Shown in pieces: positions 7,717 to 16,105 of a stretch of 16,245 nt of DNA. Under the pieces are notes generated by a model. That model had not been told where the DNA came from and did not search any database. It saw only the letters and a program-made list of their open reading frames with translations. Position 1 is the stretch's first letter. Every line of letters begins with the position of its first letter. The stretch comes from Candidatus Methanomethylophilaceae archaeon. Lineage in GTDB: Archaea; Thermoplasmatota; Thermoplasmata; Methanomassiliicoccales; Methanomethylophilaceae. The position numbers and the translations under genes were made by a program. The stretch lies in assembly GCA_050944155.1 (NCBI GenBank), contig JBMNQN010000018.1, forward strand, positions 1 through 16,245, given 5' to 3'.

Positions 7717-8604
7717 TCAGTCCACGATACGGAATCCTTTGTTTTCCGAATCTTCGTCCGAATTGAAGCGGATGTGTCTGTCGCGAAGTATGCTCGTTAT
7801 GGTTTTCACGTGAACCCCCAACCCCACGTTAAGAAACTGATTTTCCACAACGGTTTTTCCTTCGTATTCGACGGTGGGGTGGAATCCCAGAGGCTGATGC
7901 GCGGTCTGTACCTGCATGGCGCAGATTCTGCCCTCTTTGTCGTATATCGGCCCTCCCGACTGCCCTTTAAGGCCCGGAGTTGACGTTTCCACGTAAAGCA
8001 TCTCGTAATTTCCGTCGATGCTCCGCCCCTTCATCACGTTGCGTGTGTGCATTCCTTCGTTGGGGAACAGGGGCATTGGGAGGACTCCCTTTCTGATTCT
8101 GAACGTGCCGGAAGCTTCGTCGAAGTCGCTCCCCACCTCTATGAACGGGAAACCGAGTCTGCAGAGGCTGGTTCCCGGGCGCATGGTATCCGGGTTCCTG
8201 AATACGGGATATTCTTTAATCCATGAGGGGTCGAAGGGTTCCAGTTTTCCTACGGCAATATCTATCTGACGGTTCACATAGGCGTTTACGAGTCTTACGC
8301 CGTCCCATCCCCACCAGAACGAATGGTTGGTTATCCAAGTGGGGTCGGTTTTCAGAAAGTTGCGGGGGCTCCCGGATATTTCGGAATGTTTGGCGTTGAG
8401 TTCGTTGATTTCTTTGATTTTGTTCTGATCCGACTGGAATTTGACGTAAGAATCGAAAAGATGTCCGGCGGTTATGATCCAGCCTTCGTCGTTTATCACA
8501 GAAAAGGCTCCGCATCCCGCTTCCACTTTTCCGCTGTAGAGGCGGGTCGAGATTATGACGGGACGTACGAATTTGGCAGCTTTGCTGCAGGCATCCGCAA
8601 ACAT
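7717..8604 (-). CDS. Trypsin-like (S1/Trypsin_2) serine protease with no signal peptide
   Basis: Catalytic triad contexts ITAGH, DIAVGKL, GQSGGP; hydrophilic N-terminus; no PDZ domain apparent. Confidence 0.85.
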   Translation of the reverse strand: MFADACSKAAKFVRPVIISTRLYSGKVEAGCGAFSVINDEGWIITAGHLFDSYVKFQSDQNKIKEINELNAKHSEISGSPRNFLKTDPTWITNHSFWWGWDGVRLVNAYVNRQIDIAVGKLEPFDPSWIKEYPVFRNPDTMRPGTSLCRLGFPFIEVGSDFDEASGTFRIRKGVLPMPLFPNEGMHTRNVMKGRSIDGNYEMLYVETSTPGLKGQSGGPIYDKEGRICAMQVQTAHQPLGFHPTVEYEGKTVVENQFLNVGLGVHVKTITSILRDRHIRFNSDEDSENKGFRIVD

Positions 8605-8702
8605 TGCTCCCCAATCGCACGGCGGTTAAATGAATCTGCCGATAACGCCGTACGTTCCGACCGCAGGCAACGATATATTAACGGAGAAAACGATTTCCGT
8701 GT

Positions 8703-9455
8703 ATGGAAAAGGACGTTTACGGTTCGGTTGTTTCCGTTCTGAATTCGATGGGCGTGGAGATCATAGGTTCCTGCAGCGCGGACGCCTGGAATACGGATCC
8801 TCTAGTTTCCTCGGTCGTACCCGCTGAAAAGAGGCCCGGGTCCTTCATGCCCGGATGCCGTTCCGTTATCGTGTTCGGCATACCCGTTCAGAAATCCATC
8901 GTAAACACGGCCCCTTCCATATGGTACAAAGAGCATTACAATGCACTGAACAGTTACCTGGACCACTGTGCCCTGCGCGTCGCAATGGAACTGGAGAATG
9001 CGGGATTTTCGGCGGTCTCGGTTCCCAGGGACGGCTATAACGGAGTAAAGGCTTTGAAAAAGTCCCCGTCCACCTTCTTTTCCCACAGACATGCCGCCTA
9101 TCTTGCCGGACTGGGAACTTTCGGTCTCAACAACGTGATTCTCACGGAAAGATACGGTCCGAGAATCAGATTCGTTTCCGTCTTTACGACGGCGGTTCTT
9201 CCTTATTCCGAACCTTTGAAAAAACAGATCTGCAACAGGTGCGGCAAGTGCGTAAAAGCCTGTCCGGTGGGTGCTCTGAGCACGATTATGTATCCCGAGG
9301 CTTCGACGGATGTCGTGAAGTGCATAGAACGCACCGACGGGCTTGCCGCCGAAGGGAAATATCCCTGCGGAATCTGCATTGCGGTATGTCCCGCCGGAAA
9401 AGACAGAGCCGAACTTCCCGGGCCGGACGCCTTGGAAACGGTACGGAAATACTGA
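8703..9455 (+). CDS. QueG/reductive-dehalogenase-like Fe-S protein (probably cobalamin-binding)
   Basis: P..RSVIV, FSHRHAAYLAGLG.FG.N, YGPRIRF.SV.T, CNRCGKCVKACP, C...CGICIAVCP. TATA-like ATATATTAA at 8673-8681. Confidence 0.8.
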   Translation: MEKDVYGSVVSVLNSMGVEIIGSCSADAWNTDPLVSSVVPAEKRPGSFMPGCRSVIVFGIPVQKSIVNTAPSIWYKEHYNALNSYLDHCALRVAMELENAGFSAVSVPRDGYNGVKALKKSPSTFFSHRHAAYLAGLGTFGLNNVILTERYGPRIRFVSVFTTAVLPYSEPLKKQICNRCGKCVKACPVGALSTIMYPEASTDVVKCIERTDGLAAEGKYPCGICIAVCPAGKDRAELPGPDALETVRKY

Positions 9456-9456
9456 T

Positions 9457-10821
9457 TCAGTTCAGCGCCGAGAGCCCTTTTTCGGTTGCGCGGTATTTCT
9501 GGTTCCTGCTGGTGGGTTTTTCGCAGGTTCTTTCCACATAACCGTCTGCCATGGCAGGTTCCAGATAGTTGGCCATGAACGTGGGTCTGTGCTTGAATCC
9601 CAGTCTATGCATCAGTTCTTTGGCCGAGGCCTCTTCTTCGCCTATGGCGGTCAGCAGAGCCGCGGTACGGAATTCCCTGGTTCTGGCATCTCTGTCTTTC
9701 AAATCTCCAGACTCGGTGACGAAAAGGGGAGCGCATTCCTGCGGTTTTTCCGGTGTTTCGGCAGGCGCAGCCACGGTATCTTCTCCGATCGATTCCGTCT
9801 TCGGAACCGCCGAGAAAGTAACCGAAAAGTCCTCTTTGGTGACTCCGAATGAAATTTCGCGGTTTCCGGATTCGGCGCACGCGGCGTTCATAATCGGAAT
9901 GCCCGAACCCATGAGCCTCATCATTCCCGCTCTGGCGAAAATGTCGGCGAGTGCGGGGTTTGCGGGTCTGGATACTTCTTCGGACAGGTGCCTGTTCCTG
10001 TTGAATCCGCCCGGGTTGTATATCACGAGGCGGTCTTTGTAGACTTTGATCTGAATGGGCCCGCCTGCGGTGTAATCCTTGTGGGCGACCGCATTGATAA
10101 CCGCTTCCTTCACGGCATCCATGGGATATTCCCCGTCGGAAAGGTACTTTTTCTTCAGAACTTTCATGACCTTTTTGGGCTGAAGGAAAACCGGGCCGGA
10201 AATAACGTCGATGTCGTCTGCCGGTCCGGCGGCGGAGAATCTGCCTATGCGGATTTCCGGAGCGACCGCAAACTGGCTGGGATCGGGATGGAACAGAATC
10301 AGAGCGGACCCTCTGAGCATGCCCTTGTCCATGAGTCTCAGGGACTGGAACAATTCCGTGTCGTCGGTCTTTTTCGGTATTCCCGCGGCCGAACGGAACT
10401 CCGAAACGGCGGTTTTGTCCAAATCTTTGACGGCAACGCCGGGAACGAGAAGATTGAGTCTGGATCTGCTGTCTTTGAGCAGAATGAATTTTTCCAGGTC
10501 GTCCCCCGTAAGCTCCCTGTCTTCTTTTCCTATGCGTCTGAAATACTTTCCGTTGACGCACACGGGTTCGGGGCTGGGTTTCACGTCGATTACGACGCAG
10601 GCGCGTCCCCTGGACTCGGACGGGCGTATGTGGGGAGATATGTCCAATGCGCCGCTGACTTCATTCGAAATGGATACCGCAAGGGACGCGGCTTCGTCCA
10701 GCGAGTACGAGTCGGCTTTGCCGATAACCAGACGTCCGCCGTAAGAGTTCGCAAATGCACAGACTGTTCTGAGATGTTTGGTCTTCCATTGCTTCTTGGA
10801 GTCGGATATCTGATCGGGCAT
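9457..10821 (-). CDS. Schlafen/AlbA_2 + HATPase_c_4 + C-terminal winged-helix protein ('RecG C-terminal / transcriptional regulator' family)
   Basis: VCAFANSYGGRLVIG (AlbA_2); YP..AVKEAVINAVAHKDY, I.NPGG, NP.LA..F, GSGI (HATPase_c_4); C-terminal ELM..LG.KHR.TF..NYL.P...G..E.T..KPTS.NQKY. Start re-called to ATG 10821 because the longer ORF overlaps the next gene and its intergenic region. Confidence 0.8.
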   Translation of the reverse strand: MPDQISDSKKQWKTKHLRTVCAFANSYGGRLVIGKADSYSLDEAASLAVSISNEVSGALDISPHIRPSESRGRACVVIDVKPSPEPVCVNGKYFRRIGKEDRELTGDDLEKFILLKDSRSRLNLLVPGVAVKDLDKTAVSEFRSAAGIPKKTDDTELFQSLRLMDKGMLRGSALILFHPDPSQFAVAPEIRIGRFSAAGPADDIDVISGPVFLQPKKVMKVLKKKYLSDGEYPMDAVKEAVINAVAHKDYTAGGPIQIKVYKDRLVIYNPGGFNRNRHLSEEVSRPANPALADIFARAGMMRLMGSGIPIMNAACAESGNREISFGVTKEDFSVTFSAVPKTESIGEDTVAAPAETPEKPQECAPLFVTESGDLKDRDARTREFRTAALLTAIGEEEASAKELMHRLGFKHRPTFMANYLEPAMADGYVERTCEKPTSRNQKYRATEKGLSALN

Positions 10822-10845
10822 AATCGGGAATCGATTTCCCTGATA

Positions 10846-10861
10846 ATTAACTTTAGTTAAT
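10846..10861. promoter_or_regulatory. Palindrome over the likely promoter of the AlbA_2 gene
   Basis: ATTAACT-TT-AGTTAAT, 25-40 nt upstream of ATG 10821 on the minus strand. Confidence 0.45.
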
Positions 10862-10895
10862 ATATCGGCGTCCGAATATATATAAAAAAAAAGTT

Positions 10896-11540
10896 TTACG
10901 CAGTATCTCCGTATTTTACGGCCCTGAAACATACCCAATTCTTGTCCGCAAGGGTGTGTACTTCCGTTTTCAGGTTCATGCTTTCGAGCATGGATTCCAT
11001 CTCTTCGTTCTTTACCAAAACGAATCCCGTTCTTTCCGCTCTGTTTCTGTTGCGTTCGTCGAAAAGCGGATGGGGGTATTGTTCGGAAACTATCATGAGA
11101 ATCCCTCCGTCTTTAAGAACGCGTTTCAATTCTTCCAGGGATTCTTTCAGATTTGGCCAGAAGAAGTATGTTTCCACGGCGGTAATCAGATCGAAAGTGC
11201 CGTCGGGATACGGAAGATTGTCCACCGACGCTCTGTCTATTCTGCATCTTCCCTCCGCAATGGTTTCGGCGTTGACTTCCGAAGACAGTTTACACGCTTC
11301 TTCCGACAGGTCGGCGCCGTAAAGAAGAGCGCTCGGAAACCATTCTCCGAGTTTTTTAAGGAACATTCCTCCGCCGCACCCTACGTCCAGAATGCTTTTC
11401 GGAGTGAAATTTACGGGAATCAGCGAGACTGCCCAATCTCCCAGTTCCGAGTGGTGGCTGTTCATGGATTCCAGGGCCTTTCTGCCTTCTTCTCCTCTGG
11501 GATCCCCAAAACTGAAAAATTCCGGCGGTTTTCCTTCCAT
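10896..11540 (-). CDS. Class I SAM-dependent methyltransferase
   Basis: ILDVGCGGG, GADLS, LPY.D.TFDLITAVET.FFW, RVLK.GG. Start re-called to ATG 11540; GAAAAATGTTTTA promoter-like element upstream. Confidence 0.87.
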   Translation of the reverse strand: MEGKPPEFFSFGDPRGEEGRKALESMNSHHSELGDWAVSLIPVNFTPKSILDVGCGGGMFLKKLGEWFPSALLYGADLSEEACKLSSEVNAETIAEGRCRIDRASVDNLPYPDGTFDLITAVETYFFWPNLKESLEELKRVLKDGGILMIVSEQYPHPLFDERNRNRAERTGFVLVKNEEMESMLESMNLKTEVHTLADKNWVCFRAVKYGDTA

Positions 11541-11625
11541 GGCCCCGTATGTACGGGGGACGTAAAACATTTTTCCGAGTAACAGTTTTTTAATCGGGCC
11601 GTCTTACGGGGAACCGAGGCAATCA

Positions 11626-11790
11626 ATGGTAACAGTTGACGAATCCAAGTGCGTGGCATGCGGTGCATGCGCAGACGTGTGCCCCGAGGGTGCGATAACC
11701 GTTGACGACGTGGCCGTAATCGACGCCGGGAAGTGTGTCGATTGCGGAGCATGCGTGGACGAATGCCCCTCCGACGCAATCTCCGAGTGA
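11626..11790 (+). CDS. 2x[4Fe-4S] ferredoxin, 54 aa (below ORF-track cutoff)
   Basis: MVTVDESKCVACGACADVCPEGAITVDDVAVIDAGKCVDCGACVDECPSDAISE*; two CxxCxxCxxxCP motifs; GAGG at 11616-11619; TTTTTTAAT at 11586-11594. Confidence 0.96.
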   Translation: MVTVDESKCVACGACADVCPEGAITVDDVAVIDAGKCVDCGACVDECPSDAISE

Positions 11791-11826
11791 ATCCGGAGAC
11801 AAACCCTTTAATTTTTTTGCCAGGAA

Positions 11827-11855
11827 GAACCCGTACGGGTCTCTCCGTACGGTTC
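11827..11855. terminator. Hairpin between the convergent ferredoxin and MMPL genes
   Basis: GAAC-CCGTACGG-gtctct-CCGTACGG-TTC; T-run at ~11812-11818 after the ferredoxin stop. Confidence 0.5.
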
Positions 11856-14526
11856 ATTCTTCCGAAGCGCGGGCTTTCTTTCCCTGCATCCACTTGGGAC
11901 CTACCCAGTTCCACTTTCCGAGAAGGTGCATGACGGCCGGGACAACATAAAGGCGTATTATCAGCGCGTCCAGCAGAATCGCGAAACACAGAGCGAAACC
12001 GAATTCCTGCATCATGGGCATGGAGGACAGCATAAGGGTTCCGAAGGCTCCTCCCATGATTATTCCGCAAATGCTGATGACCGTTCCGGTGTGAATCACC
12101 GCTTCGTTTATCGCGGTGTCGTTGTCCATTCCTCTGTGGACCGCGTTTTCACGTATGCGGGTTGTAAGCAGAATGTCGTAATCCATACCCAGTCCCAGAC
12201 ATATGACGAACAGGATGATCGGAACCAGCCAGATGACGCCTATTCCCAACAGGTTGGTGAACAGAAGGTGTGTCACCGCGACAGTCCAAATAACGCTCAT
12301 CAGAATCGTAAGAACCGAACGGATCGGTATGAGGTAAGACTTCATCACCACGAAAAGAAGCAGGAGAATCAGCAGAACCACGGTCAGCTGTATGTATCTG
12401 AATTCGTCGCCCACCGAGTTGGACAGGTCGTAAGTGAGGGCGGGAGCTCCGGTAATCCAGGATTCTTTGACGATTCCGGGGTTGGAATCCGCAAATGCCT
12501 GTACACTTTCGCCCAGGTGTCCGATCGTATCCATGGATACCGCAGACGTGGGGGAAGTTTCGGTGATTGCGCTTATTCTCACGTAGTTCAGGGGGCCTCC
12601 CGCAGCGGAAACGGCGCCTCCGAGAACACCTCCCATGTAGTTGACCGCCGCATCCATAACCGGAATCACGGCGGGACTCGAAAGCTGGGCAGTCTGCAGA
12701 GGCGGAAGAACCGCGGTCGTTGTGAAATACAGGACCAGGGCGTCCGGAGATTCGGACGTGACATATGTGTTCATAGCTTCCAGGAGGTTCACGTCAAGAC
12801 CCATGTTGGTGAGAACTCCGAGGGCGAACAGAGCGGATTCCGAGGAAAGCTGTTTAAGCGCGAGTCCGGCGATGGCGTGGGCTTCGAAGGCATTCAGCTT
12901 TTCGGGGGTATCGAGAATTATTGTCATACCTGGGCCTGGAGGCATCATACCCCAAAGTGCCGTCGCGGTGTTCACGGCATCTTCCCATTTGACGATACCC
13001 GAAGCGGATTTTATATTGTCAACCGACGCCAAATCGGCAGTCAGTGTTGTCATGCTGTTGTATCCGGTACTGTCCGGGGACCACGTCAGCACAGGCACCG
13101 TACCCCCTCCCATATCGACGTAAGTGAGGTATGCGACGGGCTGTTCGAGCTCCAGTACGACGTAGTTGGGCATAATCACCCCTCCGCCCAGCGTTCCTTC
13201 GATTTCGTCCATGCCGGCGTTGGACTCTCCGGTACTCATTATTCCCATCATGTCGTAGGATGTTTCGGCGGTTGCTACGACGTACACGGCGGGTACGGTT
13301 ATCAGAACCGCCGCGGCGACGATGGCTTTAGCGTGATTCTTCGAGAATTGGGTGGATTTATGGAAATATTTGGCCCCCATTCTGGAGACTTTTCCGTACC
13401 ATCCTTTCATGGCTTTTCCGCCCTCTCTCAGCATATCGGGGGACGTGGGCCAGAACATTTTGTCTCCCACGAGCGAAAGGACGGACGTTATCAGAGTGAG
13501 CGCGGCTATGAGAGCTATGACGATTCCCAGGGCCAGAACGATTCCCATGGAACGCACCAGGTCCACGGACGACATGGTGAGGACTCCGAATCCGATTATG
13601 ACGGAAATTCCAGATATGGTGATGGATTCTCCCGCCCAGACCACGGCTTCTCTCATCGCTTTCTCGTGTTCCGCTCCCTTTATGCGTTCTTCGCGGTAGC
13701 GTGCCAGAATAAAGATGCAGTAGTCGCATCCGGCACCCATCATCGTCACGAGAATCATCATCTGGGTTATGAAGTAAATGTCAATGAAGTGACCTATAAA
13801 GAACACCAGCGAAAGCGTTATGCCGAAAGCGAATCCGATTGTAATCGGAGGCGTGGAAGCGGAAATCACGGAACGGAAGAACAGCCCCACGAGAATCAGA
13901 ATCATCAGCACGGTGAAGGGTTCGATTTTGGAAAGATCGTCTACCGCACCCTGTTCGATGTCGTAACCCATGGCGGGAGTTCCCGTAACGTATGTTATCA
14001 GCTCCACATTTCCGCCGTCGTTCCTGTAGTCGGCAACGGCGGCCGCCACATAGTTCCTGAGTTCGGACGTGTCGCCGCTCACTCCTTCCACATAGGGGTA
14101 GTACAGAACGTTTATTACGGTCAGTGTTTCTCCGCTGTCTCCGCTGACGGCTCCCTGGTATGCGAATTTCATGACTTTCGGTCTGCCGTCTTCATCGGTA
14201 AATGCCGAAAGACGTACCGGATCGTTCAGATATTCTGCGGATAATTTTTGAAATGCGGCGCCCGCTTCGTCCGTGGCGCCGTACGACTTAATCACAAGCA
14301 TGGGACTGGAGGTTACGTTCGTGTCCGACTTGTAGAAATACTGGTTGTAGAGGGCATATCCCCTCACGGATTCCGAATCTTCCATGGAAACTTCGGACGT
14401 ATCGTAGTTGAGGACTTCTTGGGCGTGCACCGCCATAGGAACGGCACACAGGAGCAAAACGACCCAAGCGATAATAATCTGCTTCGGATGCTTTATTATC
14501 GCGTCTGCCAACTTCTCGAATATCAT
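11854..14526 (-). CDS. MMPL/RND family membrane transporter
   Basis: 890 aa; two repeats of TM, large loop, five TMs; motifs GAGCDYCIFILARYREE and GLGMDYDILLTTRIRE, plus IRLYVVPAVMHLLG.WNW. Confidence 0.93.
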   Translation of the reverse strand: MIFEKLADAIIKHPKQIIIAWVVLLLCAVPMAVHAQEVLNYDTSEVSMEDSESVRGYALYNQYFYKSDTNVTSSPMLVIKSYGATDEAGAAFQKLSAEYLNDPVRLSAFTDEDGRPKVMKFAYQGAVSGDSGETLTVINVLYYPYVEGVSGDTSELRNYVAAAVADYRNDGGNVELITYVTGTPAMGYDIEQGAVDDLSKIEPFTVLMILILVGLFFRSVISASTPPITIGFAFGITLSLVFFIGHFIDIYFITQMMILVTMMGAGCDYCIFILARYREERIKGAEHEKAMREAVVWAGESITISGISVIIGFGVLTMSSVDLVRSMGIVLALGIVIALIAALTLITSVLSLVGDKMFWPTSPDMLREGGKAMKGWYGKVSRMGAKYFHKSTQFSKNHAKAIVAAAVLITVPAVYVVATAETSYDMMGIMSTGESNAGMDEIEGTLGGGVIMPNYVVLELEQPVAYLTYVDMGGGTVPVLTWSPDSTGYNSMTTLTADLASVDNIKSASGIVKWEDAVNTATALWGMMPPGPGMTIILDTPEKLNAFEAHAIAGLALKQLSSESALFALGVLTNMGLDVNLLEAMNTYVTSESPDALVLYFTTTAVLPPLQTAQLSSPAVIPVMDAAVNYMGGVLGGAVSAAGGPLNYVRISAITETSPTSAVSMDTIGHLGESVQAFADSNPGIVKESWITGAPALTYDLSNSVGDEFRYIQLTVVLLILLLLFVVMKSYLIPIRSVLTILMSVIWTVAVTHLLFTNLLGIGVIWLVPIILFVICLGLGMDYDILLTTRIRENAVHRGMDNDTAINEAVIHTGTVISICGIIMGGAFGTLMLSSMPMMQEFGFALCFAILLDALIIRLYVVPAVMHLLGKWNWVGPKWMQGKKARASEE

Positions 14527-14744
14527 TTTAACGTTACAGGTAAACGTAAACGCATCTTTAAACGTTCCCCGTAACCCGTCCGCAGCATTTCGGAGAAACC
14601 GTTTTTTTCGGTTCCGTTCGGTATCTTCCGGACACCGGGAACATAGTCGAAGACATGACGGTTACATATTGCGGCGCCGCATCCCAACGGTCGTTCCGCG
14701 CACCGCACCCGTGCCGTCCCGCATTTCCGCAGAAACTTCCTTCG

Positions 14745-14760
14745 GCAAAATGATTTATTA
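14745..14760 (+). promoter_or_regulatory. Putative BRE+TATA of the dehydrogenase gene
   Basis: GCAAAA-TGA-TTTATTA ending ~22 nt before ATG 14782. Confidence 0.45.
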
Positions 14761-14781
14761 TGCGTCGCAGATTGGCAGGCG

Positions 14782-16002
14782 ATGCCGATGGACGAAGAAG
14801 CAATCAGAAAGGCACAGGAAATTTACGGAGACCTCTTGAGGAAACAGCTTCTCAGAGTGGAGAATCTGAAAAAAGAAGGAGATTGGATCGATTATTCCAA
14901 ACTCGACAAAATGATAATCGGAGTGTGCGGAGGAGACGGAATAGGCCCCTACATCTGCGCATCCGCCCAGAAGGTTATGGAATTCCTCCTGGAAGACAAG
15001 ATAAAAGCGGGAAAGGTGGAAATCAGACAGATTGAAGGACTGACCATCGAAAGACGCGTGGAAGTAATGAAAGCCATTCCCGACGACACTTTGGCGGCTC
15101 TGAAGGAGTGTCACGTGATTCTCAAGGGTCCGACCACCACGCCCAAGAAAGGAGACCCGTGGCCCAACATCGAAAGCGCGAACGTGGCGATGAGAAAAGA
15201 ACTTGATCTTTTCGCCAATGTGAGGCCCGTCTCGGTTCCGCAGGAAGGAATCGACTGGGTGTTCTTCAGGGAAAACACCGAAGGAAGCTACGCCCTCGGA
15301 AGCGACGGAATCAACGTAACCGACGACCTGGCAATGGACTTCTGCGTGGCAACCACCCAGGGAACAGAGAGGATAATCCGCGCCGGATTCGAATACGCGA
15401 AGAAAAACGGAATCGATTACGTTTCTCTGGTGACGAAAGCCAACATAATCAAAACCACCGACGGCAAATTCCTCAGCATCGCCGAAGAGGTTGCCAAAGA
15501 TTATCCGGACATAAAGTGGGACGACTGGTTCATCGACATCATGACCGCGAAACTCATCGACCCGGCAAGACGCAGCAATTTCCGCGTGTTTGTTCTTCCC
15601 AACCTTTACGGAGACATAATAACGGACGAAGCCGCGCAGATTCAGGGAGGAGTCGGTACCGCGGGAAGCGCGAACCTGGGCAAAAGATACGCCATGTTCG
15701 AAGCCATACACGGTTCCGCGCCCAGAATGGTGTGCGAAGGACGCGCCCAGTATGCCGACCCCAGCAGCATGATCAAAGCCGTGGCCCTCATGATGAACCA
15801 CATAGGTGAGACCGAAAAGGGCGAGAAACTCACCATGGCTCTCGACGTCTGCTGCCAGTTCGAAAAGAAGCTGGTCATGACGGGAAGGCCGAACGGGGCA
15901 ACCGGAGACGAATTCGCGGAATACGTCATGGAAACCGTAAAAAGACCCGACCTCAAAAAGGTCTGGCAGAGTTACGTGGAAAAATCGAAAAAATCCGCCT
16001 GA
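14782..16002 (+). CDS. icd: Isocitrate/isopropylmalate dehydrogenase family; most like isocitrate dehydrogenase
   Basis: GDGIGP, LKGPTTTP, SANVAMRKELDLFANVRP (S-x-N as in isocitrate-binding enzymes), FRENTEG.Y, K.NI.K.TDG.F, PNLYGDI.TD, MFEAIHGSAP. The start may be 14788. Confidence 0.8.
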   Translation: MPMDEEAIRKAQEIYGDLLRKQLLRVENLKKEGDWIDYSKLDKMIIGVCGGDGIGPYICASAQKVMEFLLEDKIKAGKVEIRQIEGLTIERRVEVMKAIPDDTLAALKECHVILKGPTTTPKKGDPWPNIESANVAMRKELDLFANVRPVSVPQEGIDWVFFRENTEGSYALGSDGINVTDDLAMDFCVATTQGTERIIRAGFEYAKKNGIDYVSLVTKANIIKTTDGKFLSIAEEVAKDYPDIKWDDWFIDIMTAKLIDPARRSNFRVFVLPNLYGDIITDEAAQIQGGVGTAGSANLGKRYAMFEAIHGSAPRMVCEGRAQYADPSSMIKAVALMMNHIGETEKGEKLTMALDVCCQFEKKLVMTGRPNGATGDEFAEYVMETVKRPDLKKVWQSYVEKSKKSA

Positions 16003-16013
16003 AACCTTTCACA

Positions 16014-16032
16014 GCCGGTCCGTCGGACTGGC
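16014..16032 (+). terminator. Stem-loop after icd
   Basis: GCCGGTCC-gtc-GGACTGGC (one G-U pair), followed by CTTTATTT. Confidence 0.55.
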
Positions 16033-16045
16033 ACAACATCTTTAT

Positions 16046-16076
16046 TTCGACCAATGTCGAAGATACGTTTTATATA
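16046..16076 (+). promoter_or_regulatory. Palindromic operator plus TATA box of the SatP-family gene
   Basis: TTCGAC-CAAT-GTCGAA (16046-16061), TTTTATATA (16068-16076), GGTGA Shine-Dalgarno at 16097-16101. Confidence 0.55.
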
Positions 16077-16105
16077 TTGTCGTACGATTTACCATCGGTG
16101 ATTCC

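Noticed and set aside
11926-14244. 772-aa + strand ORF
   Set aside because: Antisense shadow of the MMPL gene; His/Arg/Gly-rich with no recognisable motifs, explained by codon bias on the coding strand.
14758-15801. 347-aa minus-strand ORF, and similar nested ORFs at 9605-10561, 9988-10860, 10956-11582 and 11462-12070
   Set aside because: They overlap well-supported genes in alternative frames and carry no protein motifs.
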